This document shows, one piece after another, positions 1 to 11,947 of a stretch of 64,000 bases of DNA. Position 1 is the first letter of the stretch. Every line of letters begins with the position of its first letter. Source of the stretch: Curvularia clavata. Lineage: Eukaryota. The stretch spans positions 434,001 to 498,000 of the forward strand of contig CP089280.1 of assembly GCA_023920165.1 (NCBI GenBank), in the 5' to 3' direction. Below the pieces are notes generated by a model. That model was not told the origin of the DNA. It searched no databases and saw only the letters and a list, made by a program, of their open reading frames with translations. The position numbers were made by a program, and so were the translations under genes.

Positions 1-641
1 ACCTGCCCGTGTCCCCAACACCACAGCTACAGTCCTTCGCCGTCCCCATTCTCAATGTAGCCGACTCCCGCGTAACAGCGCCATGGTTCGGCGCAAACAA
101 ATGGGAAGCCATGATTCAGCCCGTCCAAGGTGGCGGTATACCACCACAGCATTCTGAGCTTGACCTTGTTCTGGAATTCAAAGAAGGCGGCGCGTTCGAT
201 TTCGCAAGCATATTCGAGAGACTAAAGGAACGGCTGCGGCAGGCCATCGAGATAGCACGGGAGAGTGGTAGCGGTGGTGATGTGCAAGATGGGACCAGAG
301 GCGTTGGAGGTATAAACATCGACAACGTGCACTTGGAAGATCTACCAGCCTACGAAGAGAGCCGGCAACACGCTAGGGTACCTGATCCGTTACCTAGCCC
401 ACCCATGGACAACTCTGCGCCCGACAGTGTGGGTGTTGGCAGACCCGTTGTTGCGGCACCAGAACCCGCTAGCCCACAAGCATCAAGCTCACTGTCAAGC
501 CCGCGGACACAGCAAGACCACTTCGAGCCGCCCTCAGATCCACCGCCAGGTTATGAGGAGGTGCAGAGGAATAGCATTGTGGATGAGCTCGAGAGACAGG
601 TCAGAGATAATCCATGGCAGGATAGAGAGGATAAGCGATGA
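1..641 (+). CDS. WW-domain-binding protein 2 (WBP2)-like protein, 3' part (gene starts upstream of window)
   Basis: Open frame to stop at 641. APWFGANKW..GGG..LVLEFKEGGAFDF resembles the WBP2/GRAM-like region, followed by a Pro-rich tail with LPAY and PPPGY (PPxY) motifs. Confidence 0.7.
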   Translation, partial: LPVSPTPQLQSFAVPILNVADSRVTAPWFGANKWEAMIQPVQGGGIPPQHSELDLVLEFKEGGAFDFASIFERLKERLRQAIEIARESGSGGDVQDGTRGVGGINIDNVHLEDLPAYEESRQHARVPDPLPSPPMDNSAPDSVGVGRPVVAAPEPASPQASSSLSSPRTQQDHFEPPSDPPPGYEEVQRNSIVDELERQVRDNPWQDREDKR

Positions 642-1045
642 AATCGGGCTTTTTTTTTATTCTTCATGTGCCAGAAAATGGCTATGTTTGAGCAGGGCGT
701 TCCGGGGAATCAGCTTCACATGGCTGGGGTGAAACATCACAAACTTTCATGTATCATTCAACTTGACTTCATTAGGTTCAAGAATCACACACACAGCTGG
801 CTTCGGTCGCTGGCTTCTAGCAATGACATGTATCCTGCCCAAGTCGAAAGCCCACCTGTATCAGCACTCCAGCCTGACGATGATGCGCAGTTCAAGCGCA
901 TGACAGACCACGCGTCGCTGACTGACATGTGAAGCATGCCTTGACCGCCCGTCCTTCAGCCTCTTTCCCTGTCTAAGCATGTGAAAGCTAACTTCCCCGG
1001 AAGCATGACGACCCCCGCAAACACACTAACCCAAAGTGGTACTTA

Positions 1046-1051
1046 CCTCGG
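1046..1051 (+). promoter_or_regulatory. CCTCGG motif (putative FarA/FarB fatty-acid-induction site) upstream of thiolase
   Basis: Exact CCTCGG ~185 bp upstream of the ATG (1236) of a beta-oxidation gene. A single hexamer, so only the context supports it. Confidence 0.45.
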
Positions 1052-1235
1052 CGATTTTGAGGCGAATGACCTAATTGCCTTAAGCCGACGCGAGGATGCT
1101 ATTCACAGGCTTCTTTCTCCCTCTTCTTCTTCTCTCTCCCCTAAACTCTCTTTCCCTCCTTCTTAAGCTTTTCGCATCCCCCATCATCTCTTGACGCATA
1201 CCCATCTTGTCTTGATATCGTCTTCTAGCGTCAAC

Positions 1236-2666
1236 ATGGCAAACCAATCCCCCAACAAAGGTATGTTAGGGTGTACAAAGACACAATCATGACACAGTAT
1301 GCTGACGATGCTGGCAAATAGTACAGGAGCGCCTTACGCAGGTCGAAGGCCACCTCCGGGGTGGTGCTGGAAGCTCTGGTGCATCCAAGGGAAGGCAGAG
1401 CCTGCTTGAGAAGAGGCCCGATGATGTGAGTGTTAGACTGTGTTTTAGAATAATGGGACGAAAAACATCAGCCATGATTTGTATGCTGACGGGACGGTTT
1501 CACAGGTCGTCGTAACCTGCGCGCTTCGCACAGCCTTCACAAAGGGTGGCAAGGGTGGTTTCAAAGACACACAAGCAGCTGACCTCCTCCACGGCGCTTA
1601 CAAAGCCCTCATTGAGCGCTCTGGCATCGACCCCAAGCTCGTCGAAGACATCGCCGTCGGTGCTGTCCTCGCTCCAGGTGGCGGCGCAACCGAGTTCCGT
1701 GCCGCCGCCCTTGCTGCTGGCTTCCCTACTACGACTGCTGTTAAGAGCTTGAACAGGCAATGCTCGTCCGGTCTCCAGGCATGCGTCGACATCGCCAACG
1801 CCATCAAGTCGGGCATGATTGAGGTCGGTATCGGCGCCGGCGCGGAGACCATGAGCTTGCAATACGGACCCGGTGCCGTTACCGAGTTCTCTGACCTTCT
1901 CGAGAGCCACAAGGAAGCCGCAAACTGCAAGGTGCCCATGGGTGTGCTATCCGAGCAGATGGCAAAGGACAAGGGCATCTCACGAGCAGACCAGGACGCC
2001 TTTGCTGCGTCGTCGTTCCAAAAAGCCGTCAAGGCCCAGGAGCAGGGTCTCTTTGATGAGGAGATCGCCCCTCTGACCGTCAAGTGGACAGACCCCAAGA
2101 CTGACGAGGTCAAGACCATCACCGTCAGCAAGGATGACGGTGTCAGGCAAGGCATCACCGCCGAATCTCTTGGCAAGATCCGCCCTGCCTTTGCCAAAGA
2201 CGGCTCTATCCACGCCGGTAACGCGTCTCAAATCTCCGACGGTGCCGCTGTCGTCCTCCTCATGAAGCGCAGCACCGCCGAGCGTCTTGGCCAGAAGATC
2301 ATTGGCAAGTTCGTCCAGGCCTCCATCGTCGGTGTGCCCCCGCTACTGATGGGTGTCGGTCCTGCCGCCGCCATCCCCGTTGTCCTCGAGAAGACCGGCC
2401 TGAGCAAGGACGAAGTCGACATCTACGAGATCAACGAGGCGTTTGCTAGCCAGTGTCTCTACTGCATCAACGAGCTTGGCCTTGATATGAAGAAGGTTAA
2501 CCCCAAGGGCGGTGCTATCGCCTTTGGCCACCCGCTCGGTGTCACTGGTGCTAGGCAGGTCAGCACTCTGTTGACGGAGCTGAGGAGGACAAAACAACAG
2601 ATTGGTGTCACTAGCATGTGCATCGGTACTGGTATGGGTATGGCTGCTGTCTGGGTCGCCGAGTAA
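1236..2666 (+). CDS. POT1: Peroxisomal 3-ketoacyl-CoA thiolase; exons 1236-1260, 1322-1425, 1506-2666
   Basis: Thiolase motifs [20 protein letters not shown] and CIGTGMG. Introns GTATGT..AG (1261-1321) and GTGAGT..CAG (1426-1505) give an in-frame N-terminus [20 protein letters not shown] containing PTS2 (RL-x5-HL). Confidence 0.95.
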
Positions 2667-3267
2667 ACGGGTAAACAAGAGAAGAAATAAAAGAATTGTT
2701 GAGCACTTGGAACAGGTGGGAGAAGATATTTGTACGAATGTCCATGCACTTATATATATGTGTGTATATGCAAATCAATTTACTTTTTTCTTAGCTTCAA
2801 AAAATTGATTGTCATGATTGGGAAATAGTGTGACAGAGTATTCACAAAGAAAGTAAGGTAATAGAAATGAGTAATTTGTCCTCAGTCTGAATGTCCGTTT
2901 TGAGTACCGCGGTGTTTGTCCAAGAGAAGATGCTATAAAAAAAGCTAGACATCTGTGGATGCAACAGAGTCGTTTCGCTTTCCATCCACTTTTGCTGTGC
3001 AAGGGGTATTTTCTTCTTCCTTTCCATATCGCAACACCAGCATCGAGTACTCGTGTCTTGCTCTTTCTGTCTCTCCATCCCTCACACGTTTCTCTTCTTT
3101 CATTGCATGGCAATCGCCTCTCTTTCTCTTCGGCCTAGAGTCTGGATACCGTGATACTTCCGACCATAGCCGGCTCGAATACACACTTTTGTAGAGTGCG
3201 CAGGCTATGCATATGTATGTCTAGGTGTCCAGGTGTTCGTGCAGTATATCCCAAGCCCACACGCTAT

Positions 3268-4656
3268 TCACCCTGCATCCATATTATACTGATACGGCAA
3301 CTCTCCCTCGCGTGGATTCAAGTTCAGCCTAATTACACTTCCCGCCGAGCCCAGCGAGCTCTCGCTGGAATTGGGAAGAATTGTACTCGGACTCCTTCGC
3401 GAACGGGCATGAATCACGACAGACCCCGTTTCTGATTCTGAGTACACGAGCGATCGCTGCGAAGGTGTACCATAGATCGTAGAGCCGCGCTCCTGCTGGC
3501 GTGAAGGCGCGGTGCGGACGGTCTGCGGTGAGTGCGGTATCGAGGCATCGCTGCTTGTTGTGGAGGAGGAGCTGTTGAGAGACGACAGTGTGGACTGACG
3601 GTCCAGTTGGGGTGTGCGATAGGGCATGTGCGAATGGGAGGAGACGCTTGATTCCAAGCTTGATTCCGTAGGCGCAAGACTCCGCGTGTCTGATTCGAAA
3701 TCCAGCGCGCGCGCTTCCTCAATTACGACCGGATCGACTTCTGTCATGCCGTTGAGTATCTCTGCAAATATAGCCATTATGTCGCGGAATTGTGTTTCGG
3801 TGAGGCTGGCGGTTGAGAAGCGTGCGTATTCGTATTGCGCGAGGAATGTAGGGCCGAGAGAGGGTGGATTCAGCAGCCCGAATTCTGCGAGACGAGAAAG
3901 GTATTCGCGGAGACCCATTGCGCGTGGTCGCTGGAGCAGGGTAACGATTCGAGCGTCTGGTAGAGGCGGTGCGTTATCCGGGTATTGTTGTGCGCTCTCT
4001 TCGAGCGCGGGGTCGGGCGGCGCAAGAGACACAGCTTTGGCTTCGATAAGATTAGGAAGTTCGCAGATAACGTTCCAATACTGAAGGTTGGGTAGATCAG
4101 GCGATGAAGGAGAGGCCCAGCCAGGATGCGAAACATGCCCCCAAGGCGGCGACTTTGTCGAGACGGGTATGACTGTCGCGTCAGGCGCATGGTGATGACG
4201 ATGGAGGCCCTTCTTCTTGTGTGTCTTCTCCTTTTCCTTCTTGCTCTCGGTTGTACCTGGGCGCGAGAGTGGTCCTTTCTCTTCGTCCTCATCCTCCACC
4301 TCGCCCCTAAGATCTCTCGGTCTGCTGTCCCACGCAATAACAGCACTCCTCTTAAAGTGCTTGACAATCATCCTCCTCACTCCCTTGCCCACTTCTCCCT
4401 CCTCGACTGGCACATAGCTTTTTGGTATTGCAGCAAGCACGGTCCTATTTGTGTAGATGCGCGTCGAGTATATCAATAACACGATGATGCCAGTAAGCAC
4501 ATACACTCCACCAATAACGAAGAGCTTCTGGATCTCTTTGGATTTGATCGACTGGTATATTGTATCGGCGGGAGTAACGGCGAGGAAAACCAGCAGGATG
4601 ATGAGGAGCGCGGTGTATGTGGTCGAGTACCAGATGCGGAAGAGGGGGATGCGCAT
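3268..4656 (-). CDS. DLT1: Dlt1-like (defect at low temperature) membrane protein
   Basis: 462-aa intronless ORF with two N-terminal TM helices, then the SRIYTNRTVLAAIPK-type motif (here TRIYTNRTVLAAIPKSYVP) I associate with fungal Dlt1. Ser-rich tail. Confidence 0.7.
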   Translation of the reverse strand: MRIPLFRIWYSTTYTALLIILLVFLAVTPADTIYQSIKSKEIQKLFVIGGVYVLTGIIVLLIYSTRIYTNRTVLAAIPKSYVPVEEGEVGKGVRRMIVKHFKRSAVIAWDSRPRDLRGEVEDEDEEKGPLSRPGTTESKKEKEKTHKKKGLHRHHHAPDATVIPVSTKSPPWGHVSHPGWASPSSPDLPNLQYWNVICELPNLIEAKAVSLAPPDPALEESAQQYPDNAPPLPDARIVTLLQRPRAMGLREYLSRLAEFGLLNPPSLGPTFLAQYEYARFSTASLTETQFRDIMAIFAEILNGMTEVDPVVIEEARALDFESDTRSLAPTESSLESSVSSHSHMPYRTPQLDRQSTLSSLNSSSSTTSSDASIPHSPQTVRTAPSRQQERGSTIYGTPSQRSLVYSESETGSVVIHARSRRSPSTILPNSSESSLGSAGSVIRLNLNPREGELPYQYNMDAG

Positions 4657-5343
4657 GATTGCAGTTGCGATGGGATGATAGCCGTATCAGTAGGGTCGAA
4701 GGAAGGAATGCATCGGTATGGAAATAATTACAAATTAGAGCTACGGAGAAAGTGGTGGCTACATAACGGCAGGGTAAAGAACGAGAGGTTGAGAGAGCGT
4801 CGTGTGAGTGAAGCTATGCCATCATGGTCCCGGTAATTGAAAGGAGGAAGGCGCCAAGCTATTAACGCACATAGTGCATGCAGACCCGCACGACCCACGA
4901 GTTCACTCGTTTCCCACAATCCCACCGCCCGAGGTGCAAGAATTAAAATTCCCTCCAAGCTGTGATACTACTAGCACGACCGACTTTAGGGACATATGAC
5001 TCCCTCTTGTATCAACTTGTTCACCATTTACTCCCGACCCTCTCATCCTTGGACACTATGCCCATCATCCATCCCGTCTTCAAGATTCAAGTCTCTACAT
5101 CATTTTACTGGAACAGTCACTCAAAGATGATATACTCACATAGCAGACGATATTTTCCCAGATGTGTTTCGAAACCGACGATCATGGAGCCGTACTTTTC
5201 CTGAGTCACAAGTGTTACGAACAACGAGCTGATACACGCAACGATCCGAAACATGGAGTGTTCCGGGCTCCAAGCCGTCTTGAGGATTTATCTCTTTACC
5301 TCTCCTTCAAGTCTCTCTTCCTTATTTTCTCATACTCTGAATT

Positions 5344-7134
5344 ATGATGCATAGTCGCAAAAGCTCCCTCCCTTTGGGCCTATGGCCTGCCAGACCGCGA
5401 GCTGGCGCACGGTGGTCAGGGGTTCTCATCTTCATCTCTATTGCCATTCTGTTTCTTCATCGTTTTAATAGTAATTTCTGGCTTCTCCCTCCTCCCTCAT
5501 CCACACATTCTTGTTCCTCTCGTTCTTTGGACACTTCTACAGCAGCATCGTCAAGCCACAGCTTCTATAGGAATACGACCCAGCATCATCCGGTGGATCG
5601 TCTCGCTCAGCTACCGATTCCAGAACATGGAGACTCACTGAAAACGCAGTATGATTTCAGCAGGGACAAGCCCTCATATCGGGAAACGGTTATGCATAAG
5701 CGTCGTCAAGCCGCCGTCAAAGCAGCTCTCAAGCGATACTGGAGTGTGAACCAAGGGGATGCGACAAGGGATGCAAGGCTGCAGCAAACATTAGTTGGTC
5801 AGAATTTAATGCTCATCGATAGCCTTGAGACGTTCTGGATCATGGGAATGACGAAAGAGTTCGAAGAGGCCGTAGCAGCTATCACAAGAATGGACCTTGC
5901 ACCCCACGGCCAGATAACAAACTTGCTACAAACGACCCGCCTGTTATCCGCCCTACTCTCAGCGCACGATTTTACCAAATGCGGTGACACCCGCCTTCTA
6001 AGTAAAGCCGTAGAATTAGGCGACATGCTCTTTACCTTCTTCGACACACCAAACCACATACCTGTCACATCCTGGAACTCAACGAAAGTCGCAAACAGTG
6101 AAGAGCAAGAACCGTCACGGCATGCGACACTCACAGAATTAACGTCATACAATCTCGCATTCACAAGACTGTCCCAACTGACCGGCGACATGCGATACTA
6201 CGATGCTGTAAAGCGTGTGACGACCATCCTCGCATCACAACAAAACAGCACCCGAATTCCTGGGCTCTGGCCTACTGATATGAATCCACAGAGCCTTGAT
6301 CTGACATCTAATAACACCTTCAGTCTTGAAGTCCAATCTAGCCCTGCTGCGTATGCGCAATATGGGCTGATGACGCGCCTCCTTACCGTCTCGCCTACCG
6401 CCTCGCCTTATATGGCCATATCGACAAACGCCCTCGACGCCATCACTCAACACCTTCTCTTCCGCCCCATAACGCCGACGAACGCCTCGATTCTCATGGC
6501 TAGTTCCGCATACACGACACCACAAGGCCGTATAACACGTACCCACACTATTGACGCCTCATCCTGCGCACTAGGCAGCACACTGGCGTTCGCAGCCACG
6601 CTCACCCGCAACGATACGTACCTCACCTACGCGCGGCTTGTGACTGAAGGCTGCATATGGACCTCATTACACGCTCCTCCTGTCTCTTCCACTACCGATA
6701 ACTTCAACATGATGCCGTCGAGTTTCTCAATGCTGGCCTGCTCATCGGCGGATCTGAGCGAGAGTGACGAAGACTGCACTTTCAATCCTGACGTATGGTG
6801 GGAGCAAAAGTACCCAGGGTTCGAGACCATTCGCGATGAGACAAGGGTGAGGATCAGGCCAGAATTGGCAATGAGTCTTTTCACTCTATACAGAGTTACG
6901 GGCGAAGAGCGGTGGAGGAATATCGGGTGGCAGTTGTGGGAGGGTATCCAGCGAGCTATGGAGAGTTTGACACAACCGACAAGTGCAAATGCTCGAACAG
7001 ACGAAGAAGAGTTCAAGTCGACGATGCAGAGCCTCAAGCATTTTTACCTCTTGTTCAGCGAAACGGACATGTTGAGCTTGGACAAATGGGTGTTTGGAGG
7101 CGATGGGAGTGTGTTGTGGGCAGGCAGTCCATGA
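5344..7134 (+). CDS. Glycoside hydrolase family 47 (class I alpha-1,2-mannosidase)-like protein, probably catalytically inactive
   Basis: 596-aa ORF with N-terminal signal anchor and GH47 remnants LIDSLETFWIMG, LLSKAVELGD, FTRLSQLTGD, RPE and LKHFYLLFS. Most acidic catalytic and Ca-binding residues are substituted. Confidence 0.8.
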   Translation: MMHSRKSSLPLGLWPARPRAGARWSGVLIFISIAILFLHRFNSNFWLLPPPSSTHSCSSRSLDTSTAASSSHSFYRNTTQHHPVDRLAQLPIPEHGDSLKTQYDFSRDKPSYRETVMHKRRQAAVKAALKRYWSVNQGDATRDARLQQTLVGQNLMLIDSLETFWIMGMTKEFEEAVAAITRMDLAPHGQITNLLQTTRLLSALLSAHDFTKCGDTRLLSKAVELGDMLFTFFDTPNHIPVTSWNSTKVANSEEQEPSRHATLTELTSYNLAFTRLSQLTGDMRYYDAVKRVTTILASQQNSTRIPGLWPTDMNPQSLDLTSNNTFSLEVQSSPAAYAQYGLMTRLLTVSPTASPYMAISTNALDAITQHLLFRPITPTNASILMASSAYTTPQGRITRTHTIDASSCALGSTLAFAATLTRNDTYLTYARLVTEGCIWTSLHAPPVSSTTDNFNMMPSSFSMLACSSADLSESDEDCTFNPDVWWEQKYPGFETIRDETRVRIRPELAMSLFTLYRVTGEERWRNIGWQLWEGIQRAMESLTQPTSANARTDEEEFKSTMQSLKHFYLLFSETDMLSLDKWVFGGDGSVLWAGSP

Positions 7135-7694
7135 GACATCACAGGCACATTACGCTCAAGGTAAACCATCAAGTGGTATCATATCGTTATGACATTAATG
7201 CCTAACTTGTTTCAAGGCCAAAGAGTCATATACACATACAATGGATGCCGAACATCCACCCCCGAGAAGCCCTGGCATCATATCGTCAACCACAGGGGAC
7301 CCCTCTCGGTACGAACTTTTACGGTCGCACCCATCAACGCCGTCCTTGCGTTTCATCATCCATCCCATAAGCAATCTCAATATCGTCTTCACACGCCACT
7401 CACCGACGTAATCGTACCCCGCAAGAAAAAAAAGAGAAGAGAGAAGAAAAGCCTTCGGTAAACCGATTACGAAGAGTCGAAGGCTGCCCATGTACAGATG
7501 TCTAATCGTGACTGGGGATATATGTTGGAGTTTTGGAAAGTTTGAGTAAAAGAAAAACAGCCCACCTGGAACACCATGCAATGCCGCAAAAAAAAAGACT
7601 GTGAAGAGAAGGGATTCAAGTCATGGCCGTGTCAACTTGGTTGAAGTGGATTAGTCAAGGCTCTTTGAATCGAAGATTGTGAGTAGGCGACTAC

Positions 7695-8553
7695 TCAAGA
7701 CTTGCGGAAGTCCGACAAGACTGGGTAGATGAGCTCGAACGCCTGGTAGATCTCTTCGCGAACCTTTGCTCCGGTCAAGACGATCTTGCCAGAGACGAAG
7801 ATGAGAAGAACGATCCTAGGCTTCATCATGCGGTAGATGAGACCAGGGAACAACTCAGGTTCGTATGACGAGAAAGTGTGGTGGCGAGAGGCAAGGCCCT
7901 CAAGGCGGATGGGGAAGCGAATGTCGCAAGAGCCGACAATGTTCTGGATCTTGAAGTCCTGTAATCAAGTTAGCATGGCAATGAGAGAAGACTTTTTGCC
8001 CAAGGCGACATACGGTGAACTTGGCACTGAACCCGAGCTTCTGGATGATCCGCGCATATTTGCGGGAAGCAAGACGGCTATCATCTTCAGACTTTGCACC
8101 AGTTACAACCATCTTCCCACTCGCGAAGACCAGGGCCGTTGTCTTTGGCTCACGAATACGCATAATGACGGCAGCGAAACGCTTGGGGTTGTACTCGGCA
8201 TTGCGGGCATGGAGAGCAATGGTCTTAAGGTCAAGGCGAGCGGAGAGGTTGACGGTAGCGACAATGTTCTGAAGAGTTGGCACGATACCAGAGGGCACTT
8301 GACCGTTCTGGGTATCTGGGGTAGCCGCAGGAGTAGCAACACCGTTCGCGTTTTCAGCGACCTGTTGAGTGCTCTGCTCCGAGGAGGGTGCAGTCATGTC
8401 CAAGTTCGCGCCTTGAGGGTAGGAGAGAGAGCCGGGGGCGACGAACTGGGAGCAAGCGTTAGAACAAAGTTGGCGCAAAAGACATCACGAGAAGCTTACC
8501 GTCTGAGCCTGGGCGGCGGTGGACGGATGAGAGGTGAGAGAGTTTGGATCCAT
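7695..8553 (-). CDS. SPT15: TATA-box-binding protein; exons 8553-8500, 8445-8014, 7958-7695
   Basis: Canonical TBP repeats ([73 protein letters not shown]). Two GT-AG introns restore the frame; TGA at 7695-7697. Confidence 0.97.
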
Positions 8554-10650
8554 GATGAGATTATTGATTGGAATTGGAGCGATAGACGCTTGAGGAGAGA
8601 GATATAGGTATCTTGACAGACTGCGCAGGTCAGAATGGAGTTCTTTGCGACGGCAGTGACGGTCAGTGCGAGCGGACTACGAGATCGCAGGTAGCGCGAG
8701 GTCGGTCGACGCTGCTGGGAGGACAGGGTCTGCCTATGTGCGAGAGATAGGTGGAGACGGTACCGGAGGCAGGAGAGCTACAAGCCAATGTGTCCCTCGC
8801 AAACGCCGACAAGAGTCTCGTCGAGTGGCAGCAGTCGCAAAGCAGACGGCCTTGTTAGTGTGGAGATTAAGTGACCAAAAGCGTAGCCAGCAAGCCTTTG
8901 GCGGGGTAAGTCGAGATGCGACTGGGGCTGAGGCTGAGGCTGCTTCGCAAGGCTATCGTAGATGTAGCTAGCGCCGATCGCAGTCGCCAAGGACCTCTTG
9001 AGAGAGTGGATATGTGCAAAATTGGCACACCGAAGCTTGGGAGTCGCAAGTATTAAGGGGCGCGCAGTGGAATCGTGATGGATTTCGAGCTGCGGCGGTG
9101 GGGGGCTGAGAGGTTGCGGTGTTGCGACAACGGCGGGCAAGGCGGAAATCTCGTCAAAAAGTTGGGGGGAGGCCGAGTACTTATAGTCGCAGGCAGCAGC
9201 CCGCCAAGCCTCTAGCGCCCCGCCAAGCTACAGGGGACCGCGGGCGACGGCGTTGCCTAGCGTCACCTTTTCGGTAGCGAGAAGATTCTGCTGTGCGCAA
9301 AAGGGGCCTCGCCAGCAATCTTTCTTCACTCTCGCCCTCCCTTTCCCTTTCCCCCCGCTGTCCTGCAACCCGCCATTCGCCACCTCGACCTGTCCATCGA
9401 CCGCCCATTGCCAGTCCATCTGCGTCTGCATCTGCATCTGCATTTGCATCTCCATACCGTGTCCCCCCGCGCCCAAAAGGACACCGTGGCCCTCGTCTTT
9501 TGCCAAACAGATCGTCATCGCACCTTCGCTGGTGCCTACCATCGATGACGACGCACTGGCCCGGATTGAGCCAAGGCCCAAAACCAGCCCGTCCACTCGA
9601 CCCCGTCGCCTCACTTGCCGCACTATGTCCGCCTTGCAACGCCGCAATGCGAAAGAGATTTTTTGCCCATCACGACACGTCCTCTGTCCATTCCTCTTAC
9701 CGCTCGTGTGACAGCCGCTAGCCCTGCGCCTCCCCCTGCTTTGTGCGCCCATGCCATCATCCTCCTGCCAGCAGCCCATCAAACACCAAGCCATGCACCA
9801 TCCTCACCTCGCTTTGTACGCGCCAGATGCTCAGACGATGAAGCTAGGATGCGGGGTGGTCGCAACGGCCGTGGTGCTGGCATGGCGCCGCATCTGGGGT
9901 GCCATCCTCGCTTACTATGACTCACGCCCGTGCTTGACCGGAAAAGAAAAACGCCCTTGGCTTCGTCGGTGCTGGCCGAGCTTGAATGCTCGCATTTGCA
10001 TTGGGTACATGCATTTTGCAACACCATGTCTGCCTGATCACTGACCACAAATCCAACGCTGCTCCTGACTCCGCCACCTGTGACGGCCATGGCCGTCGAG
10101 TGGCGACCATGGCCGGCATCCCCCGAGTTTCAGACGCCGACTAGCGCAGTAAAGCCGACATGCAGCATTCGGCAATCTCATCACGACCACTAGCGTCAAA
10201 GCAGCAGAGCCACGGTCGATTGCTTAGACTCCATGTCAAATGGTAAGTTTGTTTACGAGGAGGCGTGCTCTCGTCTATGTTGTGCACGACGCAGAACCGC
10301 CGCCCTCGATGCACCGCCATCAAGGTTACGACATTGTCGCTGCAGCCATTTTGACGCCTACATGCCATCTCCATACCGTGTTCAAAACCATACTCTACAA
10401 AGACCAAGCATCGCATGCTCGGAGCTGTTCACGATACTATTGACAGCTTAGCCACATGGTGGCTGTTGCGCGCTACACCGCCACAACCTTTCCTCCATTG
10501 CATGCATGATCAACGTATTAGCGCATTCTTACAAGAACCTGCATTTGCGATACAGTCCGCCGCAGCATGGGAAATGCATATCAGCAAGACCGACAAATTC
10601 AAGCTTGCACCATGTATGCTACCGACTGGCGTCATTCCTTGTCTTTTTCT

Positions 10651-11226
10651 CTATTCCGTCTTTCCCTGCCCTAACATGGCCTCTGCCCGATCACTGCGCC
10701 TCCCAATACGCATTTCGTTCTCGTCCGCATTGCCCTGCATCTCTTCGCTGCCTTCGTAATCAACTTCGTCGCCAAGCGCGCCCCTTATACCAGCTTCATC
10801 CATATCGCCCATGCCGCGATCCTCACTCAATGTCAGCCAATGTTCCACATCCTCGTGGGTGATATCATTGCTATTTTTGTCGTTCGTCGTGTTAGAAAAC
10901 AGTCGGTCCCTGCACATAGGGCAAGTGTTCTTCTTTTCCACCCATGTCTCTAGGCAATCGTAGCAGAACTGGTGTCCGCACCGCTTGATCCGCACTGTGC
11001 AGTTGCTGCGAGATGGCTTGGTCCGGAGCTTCACCCTGCCATTATGCTTATGGCAGCCGGAAAACAGCATTTTAGCAACTGTCCTTGTATTTCGGACTCG
11101 CGTGTGGAGGCCGCCCAGTACACTACTCGAGCACGTCGTTTCGTAGCAGATGGGACATGGCGTCATGCTTGCGGTGCAGAGCTCGGTTTCCTTTCTGAAA
11201 AAGGTAACCCGTGAAGAGTGAGGCAT
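10651..11226 (-). CDS. RING-finger (C3HC4-type) protein, putative E3 ligase
   Basis: CPIC ... CGHQFCYDC..W...CPMCR with a long loop between ligands 2 and 3. Acidic C-terminus. First ATG at 11226 (start uncertain). Confidence 0.7.
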   Translation of the reverse strand: MPHSSRVTFFRKETELCTASMTPCPICYETTCSSSVLGGLHTRVRNTRTVAKMLFSGCHKHNGRVKLRTKPSRSNCTVRIKRCGHQFCYDCLETWVEKKNTCPMCRDRLFSNTTNDKNSNDITHEDVEHWLTLSEDRGMGDMDEAGIRGALGDEVDYEGSEEMQGNADENEMRIGRRSDRAEAMLGQGKTE

Positions 11227-11947
11227 TTCCTTGATGAGTGTAGATGAACAAAACTGGAAATCTAGCAACGATAACGCTGGTGAACGACAATGAAAAGCGA
11301 GGGAATTGGCAATCTGAATGTTGCTAGCGAGTCCGGGTGGGATCTGTTCCTTTAGAATGCATAGCTATTCAACAATGGAAAATAGTTGGGGTGCCGGATT
11401 TGCTAACAATATAATGGTGAACCAATGCATACGAGTCAAATGACCATCGGATATCACATCTCTGGACCGCTACCGAATATCAAGGTAAGAAGGGTTCCGG
11501 GAGAGACCCAAAAGTCCGCTCTCTTATAATAGTCATTTTTACATCTCACTTGAACATATGGAAACCAAGTAAGGAAATAAAAACACGAATGTTGAGTAAT
11601 TAAGGTGACGTGATAAATTGTATTCTCGGTGTGATTGTGCAATGATGTATTGGTCTACTTCTTGGCTGGTGGCAGAAATAAAAGAGTAGTAATTATAGCA
11701 TTCACAATACAAAGCGAGAAAGCTGGGGCCCATGACCCTGACCGAACACAAGCGACAAATAAAATTCATGTGTAAATTAGGAGGGCATATCGGGCTAAGA
11801 AAAGGAACTACGGTTACCTTAAGATGGTATAGTCATTGCGATAGAAGTCAAGGTATAAGGAATGGTGAAGACGACTAAACTCGTAGATGACTTCAATCTT
11901 ATAGGATTGTAACACTCCCTGCACCCTCGTACACGCTCCAAGTCCGA

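Noticed and set aside
7837..8607. 256-aa plus-strand ORF
   Set aside because: Antisense shadow of the TBP gene.
9181..10760. Many overlapping 100-190 aa ORFs and a short (TGCATC)n run
   Set aside because: GC-rich intergenic DNA upstream of TBP with no recognisable domains; the microsatellite is trivial.
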